Below are positions 6,900 through 14,409 of a DNA stretch of 26,762 nucleotides, piece by piece. Source of the stretch: Patescibacteria group bacterium (GTDB lineage: Bacteria; Patescibacteriota; Minisyncoccia; Phycocordibacterales; Zambryskibacteraceae). Made by a program: the position numbers and the translations under genes. The stretch spans positions 1 through 26,762 of the forward strand of contig JBBUAI010000013.1 of NCBI GenBank assembly GCA_038058745.1, in the 5' to 3' direction. The notes beneath the pieces were generated by a model. The model saw only the letters and a program-made list of their open reading frames with translations, was not told the origin of the DNA and did no database searches. Numbering within the stretch: the stretch's first letter is position 1; every line of letters starts with the position of its first letter.

Positions 6900-8198
6900 A
6901 TGTCCAAGTTTCAGATAATCCTCCTTTCGACTTTCGGCTTCTTCATCATCCTTGCGGTCGTGGTCTTCGCCTTCTATCGCGGGGGCTCGAGTTCTCTTGA
7001 AGCAACAGTTGCAATCTGGGGCGATATCCACGCGGAAGACTTCAATGTTTTCCTTAACAATACCATCCAGAGCCGCGAGGAGAATCTCACTATCAAATAC
7101 AGAGAACTTTCGTCCGAGAGCATCGACCGCGAATTTACCGAGGCGTTGGCGCGCGGAGAGGGTCCTGACCTTCTCTTAACCACCCAAGACAAGTTATGGA
7201 AGGAGAAATCCAAGCTTCTCCCAATTCCCTACGAAAGCATAAGCGAACGCGATTTCAAACAGACTTTCGTTGAAGAAGGAGAGCTCTTCTTGGGCAAAGA
7301 TGGCATCTACGGCCTGCCTTTATCCATAGACCCGATGGTTCTTTATTATAATCGCGACCTTCTTACCACTGCTGGTCTTGCCCAGCCGATTGGCTATTGG
7401 GACGAAATTTATTCGACTATCTATAAGCTCACCCGCCGCGACGGCGCGGGGAATCTCGTGGAGTCCGCTATCGCCTTAGGCGAGGCGAGGAACATCCCGC
7501 ATGCCAAAGATATCCTCTCGCTTCTCTTATTACAGGCAGGCACGCCCATTACAAGCTTTACGGCTCCGCCAGATGGCGGAGAATTGCGCTCATATCTCTC
7601 GGCAAACTTCAACCTCACCGTTTCTCCCGGAGAATCCGCGCTTGATTTCTACACCCAATTCTCAAATCCTTCGAAGCCGTATTACAGTTGGAACAGGACA
7701 TTGCCTCCCGCCCAAGCCCGCTTCGTCTCGGGCGACTCGGCTTATTACTTGGGCTTCGCGAGCGAATTGAAGACTCTCCGCAATAAAAATCCGAATCTCA
7801 ATTTCAGCGTAACCACTGTGCCCCAGTCGAGAGTGCAGGGTAGGACCTTGACCTTCGGTCGCCTGCGGGCTCTCTCCATTTCGCGCGGCACCAGGTCTCC
7901 GGCCGCCGCTTTGAATGCCGCCTTGTCTCTCGTCGCCAAAGATGAGGCCTCGGTCCTCTCCCAAGTCCTTAATCTTCCGCCAGCCCGCCGCAACCTTCTC
8001 TCGCAGGAGCCTGCGGGCGCGGAGATGCCGGTTTTTTATGAAGCAGCTTTGCAGTCGAAGGGATGGCTTGACCCGGATGACGAGCGCACCCGGGCCATCT
8101 TCGGCGAGATGATAGAACAGGTTACGAGCGGCCGGGCGAGGACGCTCGAGGCCCTAAACCAGGCCGACCGCGCCCTGGAAGACGCTATAAAACAATAG
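6900..8198 (+). CDS. Extracellular solute-binding protein (family 1, MalE-like) with N-terminal TM anchor; no ABC partner genes nearby
   Basis: N-terminal TM (IILLSTFGFFIILAVVVFAF). 'ATVAIWGD...GEGPDLLL...LPLSIDPMVLYYNRDLL' parallels MalE 'KLVIW.NGDKG...GDGPDII...YPIAVEALSLIYNKDLL'. Confidence 0.65.
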   Translation: MSKFQIILLSTFGFFIILAVVVFAFYRGGSSSLEATVAIWGDIHAEDFNVFLNNTIQSREENLTIKYRELSSESIDREFTEALARGEGPDLLLTTQDKLWKEKSKLLPIPYESISERDFKQTFVEEGELFLGKDGIYGLPLSIDPMVLYYNRDLLTTAGLAQPIGYWDEIYSTIYKLTRRDGAGNLVESAIALGEARNIPHAKDILSLLLLQAGTPITSFTAPPDGGELRSYLSANFNLTVSPGESALDFYTQFSNPSKPYYSWNRTLPPAQARFVSGDSAYYLGFASELKTLRNKNPNLNFSVTTVPQSRVQGRTLTFGRLRALSISRGTRSPAAALNAALSLVAKDEASVLSQVLNLPPARRNLLSQEPAGAEMPVFYEAALQSKGWLDPDDERTRAIFGEMIEQVTSGRARTLEALNQADRALEDAIKQ

Positions 8199-8217
8199 TT
8201 CGATTAACTCACTATAA
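8195..8217 (+). repeat. Junction motif copy 2: TAGTTCGA-N4-CTCACTATAAAT
   Basis: aTAGTTCGAttaaCTCACTATAAATG sits between the SBP stop and the ATG of the first two-TM gene. Confidence 0.5.
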
Positions 8218-8523
8218 ATGAAAGATTTAATTGTCTGCGACGGAGTAACGGTGCCATGCACTTTCGAAAAACTTGTTGAACTGGTGGAGGTTATCATTAC
8301 CGACCTGGTCTACCTCTCAACCTTTCTTGCCGTAGCCGCCTTCGCTTACGCTGGCTACATTCTTCTCACCTCCGGAGGCAATACCTCAGCCCGTGACAGA
8401 GCCAAGAGCATATTTCTCAAAGTACTTATCGGCTATGTGTGGATACTCGCGGCCTGGCTTGTGGTTTACACTATAACCAGTGTTTTGCTTAATCCCGGGT
8501 ATTCTCTGCTCGGTGCGCCATGA
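8218..8523 (+). CDS. Small two-TM membrane protein (VirB2/TrbC-like hairpin architecture), array member 1
   Basis: TM1 LVYLSTFLAVAAFAYAGYILL, short polar loop (TSGGNTSARDRAKS), TM2 IFLKVLIGYVWILAAWLVVYTI. 101 aa. Confidence 0.55.
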   Translation: MKDLIVCDGVTVPCTFEKLVELVEVIITDLVYLSTFLAVAAFAYAGYILLTSGGNTSARDRAKSIFLKVLIGYVWILAAWLVVYTITSVLLNPGYSLLGAP

Positions 8524-8527
8524 TAAA

Positions 8528-8881
8528 ATGAAAAAAATAATTCTTACCGCATATTACTTTCTCATCATTTCTTCGGCTTTTGCCCAGGGTGATGTCGAGC
8601 ATAGGATAGAAATCAAAAATCCCTTCGGCCGCGGCATCGACTCGCTCTTCGACCTTTTGAAAACGGTGGTAAACGATATCATCTTGCCTATAGGGGGAGT
8701 GCTCGCGGTGCTTGCTTTCATCTATTCCGGCTTTCTCTATGTGACGGCGCAGGGCAACGATACCAAGCTCAAGACGGCACACAACGCCCTTCTTTATACC
8801 GCCATAGGCACGGCGGTGCTTCTCGGTTCCTGGACTCTGGCCAATGTCATCAGCAATACTATCGATAAACTGAAGACATGA
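8528..8881 (+). CDS. Small secreted/two-TM protein (VirB2/TrbC-like), array member 2
   Basis: Start chosen at MKKIIL (8528), 5 nt after the upstream stop. Sec-type signal peptide (...SSAFAQG) followed by two hydrophobic helices separated by 'TAQGNDTKLKTAHN'. Confidence 0.55.
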   Translation: MKKIILTAYYFLIISSAFAQGDVEHRIEIKNPFGRGIDSLFDLLKTVVNDIILPIGGVLAVLAFIYSGFLYVTAQGNDTKLKTAHNALLYTAIGTAVLLGSWTLANVISNTIDKLKT

Positions 8882-9168
8882 AAGACCCCCGCACATTCGC
8901 CGACATAATAAAGATTTTTACCGGTTTAATCAGTCTTGCCGTTCCCGTCGTGGCTGCCTTGGCGCTTCTCGCCTTTCTTAAAGGTTTGGTCGCTTTTATC
9001 GCCAAGGCGGGAGATGAGAAGAGTCATGCGGAAGGCAAAAATCTCATGGTCTGGGGCCTCGTCGCTCTTTTTGTCATGGTGTCGATTTGGGGAATAGTAC
9101 GCTTCCTATCTGGAGAGGTTGGTTTCGGCCCCACCTTAAAGCTTCCCTTTTTACCCCCAGTCAAGTAA
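8878..9168 (+). CDS. Small two-TM protein, array member 3 (paralog of members 4 to 6)
   Basis: ATGA start/stop overlap with member 2. Conserved block 'ALLAFLKGLVAFIAKAGDEKSHAEGKNLMVWGLVALFVMVSIWGIV'. Confidence 0.6.
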   Translation: MKDPRTFADIIKIFTGLISLAVPVVAALALLAFLKGLVAFIAKAGDEKSHAEGKNLMVWGLVALFVMVSIWGIVRFLSGEVGFGPTLKLPFLPPVK

Positions 9169-9178
9169 TATTAAAATC

Positions 9179-9529
9179 ATGAATAAATTGACCAAAGTCT
9201 GCATTCTCACTCTGGCGGCTATTCCTTCTATGGTGTTCGCGCAAGGGCGGATTATTTTATTGCTTACAGATGTAAAGTACATCATAAGAACTCTTATCAT
9301 CATAGTCGCGGCTATTGCTCTCCTGGTTTTCTTCTGGGGCCTGGTTAGATTTATTTTCAAGGTTGGCGGAAGCGAAGAAGCGGTAAAAGAAGGCAGAACT
9401 CTCATGATATGGGGGTTAATCGCCCTCTTCGTCATGGTTACAGTGTGGGGGTTAATAAGCTTTATAGAAAGGGAAATATTCGGCACTCTTGATAAGAGTG
9501 ACCCTAATATTCCAAGCTTTAGACCTTAG
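9179..9529 (+). CDS. Small two-TM protein with signal peptide, array member 4
   Basis: Signal peptide ending AQG, then 'ALLVFFWGLVRFIFKVGGSEEAVKEGRTLMIWGLIALFVMVTVWGLISFI', clearly paralogous to members 3, 5 and 6. Confidence 0.6.
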   Translation: MNKLTKVCILTLAAIPSMVFAQGRIILLLTDVKYIIRTLIIIVAAIALLVFFWGLVRFIFKVGGSEEAVKEGRTLMIWGLIALFVMVTVWGLISFIEREIFGTLDKSDPNIPSFRP

Positions 9530-9533
9530 AATA

Positions 9534-9877
9534 GTAGGGGATAACCCCCACACCTATTTTTCTATTGTCGCAAATCATATAATACGTCTATGTATTATGT
9601 ATTATGTGTATATTCTAAAAAGTAAAAAAGATAACAATTTGTATTATGGTTCCACAAATGATTTGCGACGCAGGCTAGTAGAGCACAATACTGGTAAAAA
9701 TCGCTCTACCAAAGCTAGAAAACCATTTGAGCTGCGCTATTACGAAGCTTACTATAACGAAAATGATGCCAGAGGTAGAGAGTATTCTTTAAAGAAGGAC
9801 GGTAGAGCTTTAGCGCAGCTCAGGCGGAGGTTAGAAAATAGCCTGCTATAGAGAAATAGGTGTGGGGGATAACCCGG
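9534..9877. mobile_element. AT-rich ~340-bp cassette: GIY-YIG nuclease gene bounded by ~22-bp imperfect terminal inverted repeats, inserted within the two-TM gene array
   Basis: Left end GGGGATAACCCCCACACCTATTT (9537..9559). Right end AAATAGGTGTGGGGGATAACCCGG (9854..9877). The inner 15 nt (CCCCCACACCTATTT) are identical in inverted orientation. Each end also contains a GGGG-ATAA-CCCC mini-hairpin. Cassette GC is about 33% versus about 48% in the flanking genes. Confidence 0.45.
9597..9851 (+). CDS. GIY-YIG nuclease superfamily protein (YhbQ/UPF0213-like), 85 aa
   Basis: 'YYVYILKSKKDNNLYYGSTNDLRRRLVEHN...GKNRSTKARKPFELRYYEAY..ENDARGREYSLKK' carries the GIY...YIG, catalytic Arg and Glu/Asn motifs. 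Start placed at the in-frame ATG at 9597, where the domain begins. Confidence 0.8.
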   Translation: MYYVYILKSKKDNNLYYGSTNDLRRRLVEHNTGKNRSTKARKPFELRYYEAYYNENDARGREYSLKKDGRALAQLRRRLENSLL

Positions 9878-9965
9878 TTGTCTTTATAGTCCCTTGACGT
9901 ATCATAGATATATACCATCAGGTATTAAAATTAGTAGTAAATAGTAGATAGTAAATAGTAAATAA

Positions 9966-10310
9966 ATGAAAAAAGTTATTCTTGCCGCTCTGGCCCTGGC
10001 CCCCTCACTCGCTTTCGCACAGAATCTAGGCAACCTTAATAATCTCATAACCTCCGTTGGCAATCTTGTTGAGCTTGCCTTGCCTATTGTGGTAGCAATT
10101 GCGCTCCTCGCCTTCTTCTGGGGTTTGGTCAAATTCATCTTCTCTGCTTCCGGTGAAGAGGCGCATAAGGAAGGCCAGCGCCTGATGATCTGGGGCCTCG
10201 TTGCCCTCTTCGTCATGGTTTCCGTCTGGGGACTTGTAAAGTTTATCGGCACCGCCCTCGGCGTCCAGCAGGGAGATACCATCATTGTCCCAAGAGTTCC
10301 GGGCATATAG
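9966..10310 (+). CDS. Small two-TM protein with signal peptide, array member 5
   Basis: 'MKKVILAALALAPSLAFAQ' signal peptide, then 'ALLAFFWGLVKFIFSASGEEAHKEGQRLMIWGLVALFVMVSVWGLVKFI'. A tandem AT-rich repeat (gtaaatagtaRat x2, 9937..9963) precedes it. Confidence 0.6.
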   Translation: MKKVILAALALAPSLAFAQNLGNLNNLITSVGNLVELALPIVVAIALLAFFWGLVKFIFSASGEEAHKEGQRLMIWGLVALFVMVSVWGLVKFIGTALGVQQGDTIIVPRVPGI

Positions 10311-10364
10311 TTTCGACTCCGCTGGTTCAATATCCTCACCATAAATCACTACAAGTAGTCTCTA

Positions 10365-10631
10365 ATGCCGATAGAATCGTTCCTGAACAAAATCAATCAG
10401 TTCATCCTTAACCCTATAATCGGGCTTGCGTTTGCCGTCGCCCTCCTCGTCTTCTTCTGGGGAATCTTCCAGTTCATCAATTCGGAGACGACTGATGCCA
10501 AGCGCGATGAGGGGAAGAGAAAGATTTTCTACGGACTTCTCGGCATGTTCATCATGATTTCCGCCTTCGGCCTTATCCGCTTGATTTTGAACACCTTCGG
10601 CATCACTCCGCCTTCTTACCCCGGATTCTGA
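10365..10631 (+). CDS. Small two-TM protein, array member 6 (no signal peptide)
   Basis: 'IIGLAFAVALLVFFWGIFQFI...DEGKRKIFYGLLGMFIMISAFGLIRLIL' is paralogous to members 3 to 5. Confidence 0.55.
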   Translation: MPIESFLNKINQFILNPIIGLAFAVALLVFFWGIFQFINSETTDAKRDEGKRKIFYGLLGMFIMISAFGLIRLILNTFGITPPSYPGF

Positions 10632-11361
10632 TTAAATGCCCCAAAGGGGCCACTTTGTGAAAAGAGCCGCCCGCGACCGTAAGGTCGGGGGCGGCTTTGA
10701 TTACCGGCACTGTATCGGGTGGTACTGGTGGCAGGTCCGGAGCGGGTTTCTTCAACTCCGGCGCGGGTGGCACCACCTTATCCGGGTGTGGTGTGCCGAT
10801 GGGCCAGAAGCGCAGGATGACGGCGACAACTGGCACTTCTTCGTCTGTGACGCGGAAGCGCACCTTCTCGACACTCTCCCTTATTGGCACGCGATTCTTG
10901 AGTTCGCGCGGGAACAAGACCGGTTTGGGCAAACTCGGTGTTTCCATCTCGTACGCTACGAGCTCCGTCCTGTCGAATGCCAGATGATAGCCCAGTGGCA
11001 CGTCAACCCACTCTGACCATTCCAGGTCGATGAGGATGGTGTGGACGACCACCCTGTTCGGTGTGGCACGTCCTCCGCCGGAAACGGAGTAATCTCTCCA
11101 TTGCCGGTAGGAACTCCCGACGACAAGTAAGAGTAGAGCGATCACTAGGACCGTTCCGATAGGGAAGCTTCCCTGACGTCCGCCGGCCTTGAAAAAATAG
11201 ACCAGGCTCGCTAGGACGACGAGAAGGAGAAGAACCCAGAGAATCGGCCTCCACGAGGTGCCGGTGAAAAGGCCAGAAAAATACCTGACCACCACCATCG
11301 CGAGTACTAGGCAGATGAGAGCCCAAACCATGACTTGAAACTTCGTGAGCAAAGCACGCAT
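10603..11361 (-). CDS. Membrane protein: three N-terminal TM helices, a beta-rich middle domain and a Pro-rich C-terminal tail; possibly NfeD-like
   Basis: TM segments MVWALICLVLAMVVV, ILWVLLLLVVLASLVYFF and IGTVLVIALLLLVVGSS. Tail 'PPAPELKKPAPDLPPVPPDTVP'. GGAGGAG SD 4 nt before the ATG, with a TGaTATAAT extended -10 at 11394..11402 (minus strand). Confidence 0.6.
   Translation of the reverse strand: MRALLTKFQVMVWALICLVLAMVVVRYFSGLFTGTSWRPILWVLLLLVVLASLVYFFKAGGRQGSFPIGTVLVIALLLLVVGSSYRQWRDYSVSGGGRATPNRVVVHTILIDLEWSEWVDVPLGYHLAFDRTELVAYEMETPSLPKPVLFPRELKNRVPIRESVEKVRFRVTDEEVPVVAVILRFWPIGTPHPDKVVPPAPELKKPAPDLPPVPPDTVPVIKAAPDLTVAGGSFHKVAPLGHLIRIRGKKAE
10666..10702 (+). terminator. Rho-independent terminator ending the two-TM array (GNRA tetraloop hairpin plus T-run)
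   Basis: GCCGCCCGCGACC-GTAA-GGTCGGGGGCGGC (13-bp stem, 1 mismatch) followed by TTTGATT. It lies inside the 3' end of the convergent minus-strand ORF 10603..11361. A smaller hairpin gcccc-aaa-ggggc sits at 10639..10651. Confidence 0.55.
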
Positions 11362-11423
11362 GCAACTCCTCCTTAGATATTCAGTCTGCTTAAATTATAT
11401 CACATATTATATTAAAAAGCCAA

Positions 11424-11454
11424 GGGCCGGACGATATATCGTCCGGCCCGTTTT
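11424..11454. terminator. Bidirectional intrinsic terminator between two minus-strand genes
   Basis: GGGCCGGACGA-TATA-TCGTCCGGCCC perfect palindrome. It is followed by TTTT on the plus strand, and on the minus strand after 3 nt (TTGGCTTTTTAAT). Confidence 0.7.
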
Positions 11455-11458
11455 CACC

Positions 11459-12490
11459 TCACTTGCCCAATGGTATCGCCGTACTTGCTCCGGGAGCGAA
11501 GGTGGTCATCGTCTTGTTGTTCTCGTAGGCGTCGGCCCACCTTACCAAGGCCATTTCAGGACTCGCCGCTGCTGGTTTGATTACCCGCGCGATGCGGTCA
11601 GCGTCAGCGTCGTTCTTGAGTATCTGCTTCTGCTTCTCCCTCTCGGCATCGATGAGCTGCGCTTCCTTTGTTTTTTCGGCTGTCACCTTCAGTTCGAGGA
11701 GCGCGCGATACTTGGGGTCCATGGTGACATCGCGGATGCTCACTTTCTCTATATCGAAACCTATCTCTCTTTCAATCACCTCCCGTAAGACCACATCATT
11801 CTCGATGCGCTCTGCCATCGTCTTGCGGTTCGCTTCCGCGTGAGGGCCGCCGATGTAAGCTTCTGCCGTCTGGGAGGTCGTCATGTTATTGACGATGTTT
11901 TCGACAAGACTGGTGAGAAAGGCCGATGCATCGGCCAGTTTCAGGACCGACCGGACCGGAAATTTTCTCGCAAAAACGAAATCAATTTCGAAGTTGAGGC
12001 CAATCAGGTCGAAAGTGTCGGCTTCCTTGACCTTGACCGTCAGGTCGCCGGTGTAGAAAACGTTCCTGGTTTGGTACGCCTTGGCGACCGTGCGAAGCTC
12101 CTCTTTCTGGCCCTCTTGCGCGAATCGCAGATGCCGGTCGACGTTGACTCGCGGCTTCCAGAAAGGATTGCCCATTGACTGGATGCCGAGAGTTCTGAAC
12201 AGGAAAGCCGAGTGTCTCGGGTCTTCGCCTATTTTCTCGAAATGCCAATTCATGGGGTCTGGGTCATTGTCCTTGACCAAAGTTTGACCGCTCACTCCAT
12301 GGAGGACATCCACCACGGTGCCGCTGCCCTTCATGCCGTCGCCGGACTCGTCTTCATGGGTCACGATGAGAGCGAAGGTGTTGGCCGGGGTAAATATCCA
12401 CAGCTTGTCTCTCTTGGCCAGTTCCCGGACGATGACAGCCGGGGCGACGAAGAATAAGACTGCGAGAAGGATGGTAATCAGAATCTCCAT
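11459..12490 (-). CDS. SPFH/band-7 (stomatin/prohibitin/flotillin-like) domain membrane protein
   Basis: N-terminal TM, then SPFH-like 'FEIDFVFARKFPVRSVLKLADASAFLTSLVENIVNNMTTSQTAEAYIG' and a coiled-coil 'AEKTKEAQLIDAEREKQKQILKNDADADRIARV' typical of band-7 proteins. Confidence 0.7.
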   Translation of the reverse strand: MEILITILLAVLFFVAPAVIVRELAKRDKLWIFTPANTFALIVTHEDESGDGMKGSGTVVDVLHGVSGQTLVKDNDPDPMNWHFEKIGEDPRHSAFLFRTLGIQSMGNPFWKPRVNVDRHLRFAQEGQKEELRTVAKAYQTRNVFYTGDLTVKVKEADTFDLIGLNFEIDFVFARKFPVRSVLKLADASAFLTSLVENIVNNMTTSQTAEAYIGGPHAEANRKTMAERIENDVVLREVIEREIGFDIEKVSIRDVTMDPKYRALLELKVTAEKTKEAQLIDAEREKQKQILKNDADADRIARVIKPAAASPEMALVRWADAYENNKTMTTFAPGASTAIPLGK

Positions 12491-12677
12491 ATGTTCTCCT
12501 AGGGAAGGAAATGTGTGAAGGGTGTTCAGTCTTCCTTAATTATGACACGTTATAAAATAAATGCAAATGAGAAATCCACCATACAACATTTTGACTTAAT
12601 CCGAAATTGGAGTAAACTAGTCAAAAGATTGCTCTATTTCAGAGAAACCATTTAAATACGCTTGCGGAGGTGGAGAG

Positions 12678-13181
12678 ATGAAAGGTAGAATCGTGCCGGT
12701 CTTTCTTACTGTGAACAACGACAACAGCGAGCGCAACCCGCGTAGCGCTGTTGTGGTGGACCGTCTCCAAGCGCGCTTGCTTGAGCTTGAGGAAAAGAAC
12801 TGGAGCAACAAGATGGGTGCCATGGTCCTGCATTCCCTCGAAGATCTCGAGATGGCCAGAGCCATTTTCGCGCTTCAAGAGGGGCATCAGTTCGTGCCAG
12901 TCACGATTTTCGATTCGATTGACAAGGTCGAATGTTGGAGCTTCCAGTTCAACCACATCGAACATTCGACCCCGGCCTGGGCGCGCGATGCCGCATGGTG
13001 CGGCGTGAGAATTGGTTCACTGGCAGTTGCGAGCCCGGAACAGGTCGAACGTTGCGCCAGGGAAATTTCCTCAAGCGTTCTGGACTATCTGCGCCTTGGC
13101 TTCACTCTTGGAGACCGGGAATTCGCGTCTCCTTTGAAGCCCGGGTCACCGGCAACGGGGTTGCGTATTAATTTCGCGTAA
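12678..13181 (+). CDS. Hypothetical 167-aa protein with no recognisable domain
   Basis: Strong SD (GGAGGTGGAGAG) before the ATG and a terminator immediately after. The region is GC-rich (about 65% in one hand-counted 60-nt window), so overlapping alternative-frame ORFs are probably spurious. Confidence 0.45.
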   Translation: MKGRIVPVFLTVNNDNSERNPRSAVVVDRLQARLLELEEKNWSNKMGAMVLHSLEDLEMARAIFALQEGHQFVPVTIFDSIDKVECWSFQFNHIEHSTPAWARDAAWCGVRIGSLAVASPEQVERCAREISSSVLDYLRLGFTLGDREFASPLKPGSPATGLRINFA

Positions 13182-13193
13182 CAAAATTCATGA

Positions 13194-13236
13194 CCGGGCG
13201 GGTGCCTCGAGCACTCGTCCGGCCATTTCTTTTCAC
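13194..13236 (+). terminator. Plus-strand intrinsic terminator (RNA hairpin with G·U wobbles plus T-rich tail)
   Basis: CCGGGCGGGUG-ccucgag-CACUCGUCCGG pairs with two G·U wobbles in plus-strand RNA only. It is followed by CCATTTCTTTTCAC. Confidence 0.5.
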
Positions 13237-13910
13237 GAAGCCGTTTCTTGTTTGATGATATCAATAATCTCGTCGTGGCTGTCGGTAATAACAAAAAGAT
13301 CCAAATCACCGTCTTTTATCGCTCCGCGCTTGAGCATGTTTGTCCTCATTAATTCCTTTAAAGGGTTCCAATATTCGCTCCCGACGCAGATAAGCGGCAC
13401 ATTAAGAATTTTCCTTGTTTGTATAAGGGTAAGGATTTCGAAGAATTCATCCATAGTGCCGAATCCGCCCGGGTAGAAGATGAAAACTTCCGCGCCGAAG
13501 GCCAGGCAAACTTTTCGCGCGAAGAAATAATAAAAGCTGATGCTCTTGGTGATATATGGGTTTACCGGCTGTTCATGGGGCAGTTTGATAAGAAGGCCCA
13601 GAGAGTTCCCGCCCGCCTCAAGGGCGCCGCGGTCGGCCGCTTCCATAATGCCAGGCCCGCCTCCGGAGACGACCGAATATCCGAGTTCCTTGACCATCCG
13701 GCCGGAGACTGTGCGAGCGCTCTGATAATAAGGATTGTCTTCCTTAAACTGATTTGAACCAAAAAAAGTAACGGATTTCGGGTAATCTTCCAGGAACTCG
13801 AAGCCCTCGGTAAACTCTCTCGCAATCTCCGCCACCCGCTCACTCGCCACTTTATGCATTTCCGCCCGGCTTAGGGTCTTTGCCATCAGCCTTTCAGTTG
13901 ATTCTTTCAT
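13233..13910 (-). CDS. LOG family protein (cytokinin riboside 5'-monophosphate phosphoribohydrolase-like, TIGR00730 type)
   Basis: 'SVTFFGSNQF', 'VVSGGGPGIMEAADRGA' and 'PGGFGTMDEFFEILTLIQ' are the diagnostic LOG motifs. Confidence 0.9.
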   Translation of the reverse strand: MKESTERLMAKTLSRAEMHKVASERVAEIAREFTEGFEFLEDYPKSVTFFGSNQFKEDNPYYQSARTVSGRMVKELGYSVVSGGGPGIMEAADRGALEAGGNSLGLLIKLPHEQPVNPYITKSISFYYFFARKVCLAFGAEVFIFYPGGFGTMDEFFEILTLIQTRKILNVPLICVGSEYWNPLKELMRTNMLKRGAIKDGDLDLFVITDSHDEIIDIIKQETAS

Positions 13911-13935
13911 AGGGCTATCATATCATATAGACATT

Positions 13936-14409
13936 ATGAAAAAATTAAACAGAAAAGAAGGAATCGCCGTATTCGCGGGCATTGGTTTATTGGCTTATCT
14001 TTTCTTCTCCGGTCCGTTATCTAATCTTTTTAAAATACCCGGCTTTCAGAACCATAATGAAAATAATCAAATGCCAACCACAGGATTCACCGTTCGTGAT
14101 ATCTCGGTAGGCCAAGGTCCGATTGCGGAGAAGGGCGACCGTCTTACCGTGCATTATGTAGGCACGCTTCCCAACGGGCAGGTCTTCGACAGCTCTCGTG
14201 ACAGGAATACTCCCATAACTTTCATTCTGGGAGTGGGCCAGGTTATCCGCGGCTGGGATGAGGGAGTACTCGGCATGCGCGAGGGAGGTAAGCGTATTCT
14301 GACCATTGCTCCTGACTACGGCTACGGCGCGCAAAACGCCGGTCCCTTGCCTCCAAACTCAACTCTTGTATTCGAAGTTGAGCTTCTGAATGTTGAAAAA
14401 CCTCAATAA
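13936..14409 (+). CDS. FKBP-type peptidyl-prolyl cis-trans isomerase, membrane-anchored
   Basis: 'LTVHYVGTLPNGQVFDSS..R..P..F.LG.GQVIRGWDEGV.GM.EGGKR.L.IAPDYGYG' and C-terminal 'LVFEVELL' fit the FKBP fold. N-terminal TM or signal segment. Confidence 0.9.
   Translation: MKKLNRKEGIAVFAGIGLLAYLFFSGPLSNLFKIPGFQNHNENNQMPTTGFTVRDISVGQGPIAEKGDRLTVHYVGTLPNGQVFDSSRDRNTPITFILGVGQVIRGWDEGVLGMREGGKRILTIAPDYGYGAQNAGPLPPNSTLVFEVELLNVEKPQ

Noticed and set aside
9581-9612. Short inverted repeat ATAATA-cgtctatg-TATTAT at the start of the GIY-YIG gene, superficially like the CATAATAA/TTATTATG arms of the palindromic family
   Set aside because: The spacer is only 8 nt and there is no CTATAG core, so the geometry differs from copies A to D. 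It is probably AT-rich sequence coincidence or part of the gene's own start region.
10636-11016. Plus-strand ORFs 10636..11016 and 10697..10987 downstream of the array
   Set aside because: Trp/Gly-rich translations with no membrane or domain character, in a GC-rich region. The opposite-strand 3-TM protein with SD and promoter is the better model. The plus-strand terminator at 10666 also argues that nothing is expressed on the plus strand here.
12639-13008. Alternative-frame ORFs 12639..12965 (-) and 12751..13008 (+) overlapping the 12678..13181 gene
   Set aside because: GC-rich DNA gives open frames in all phases. Only the 12678 frame has a strong SD and a downstream terminator. The others lack start context.
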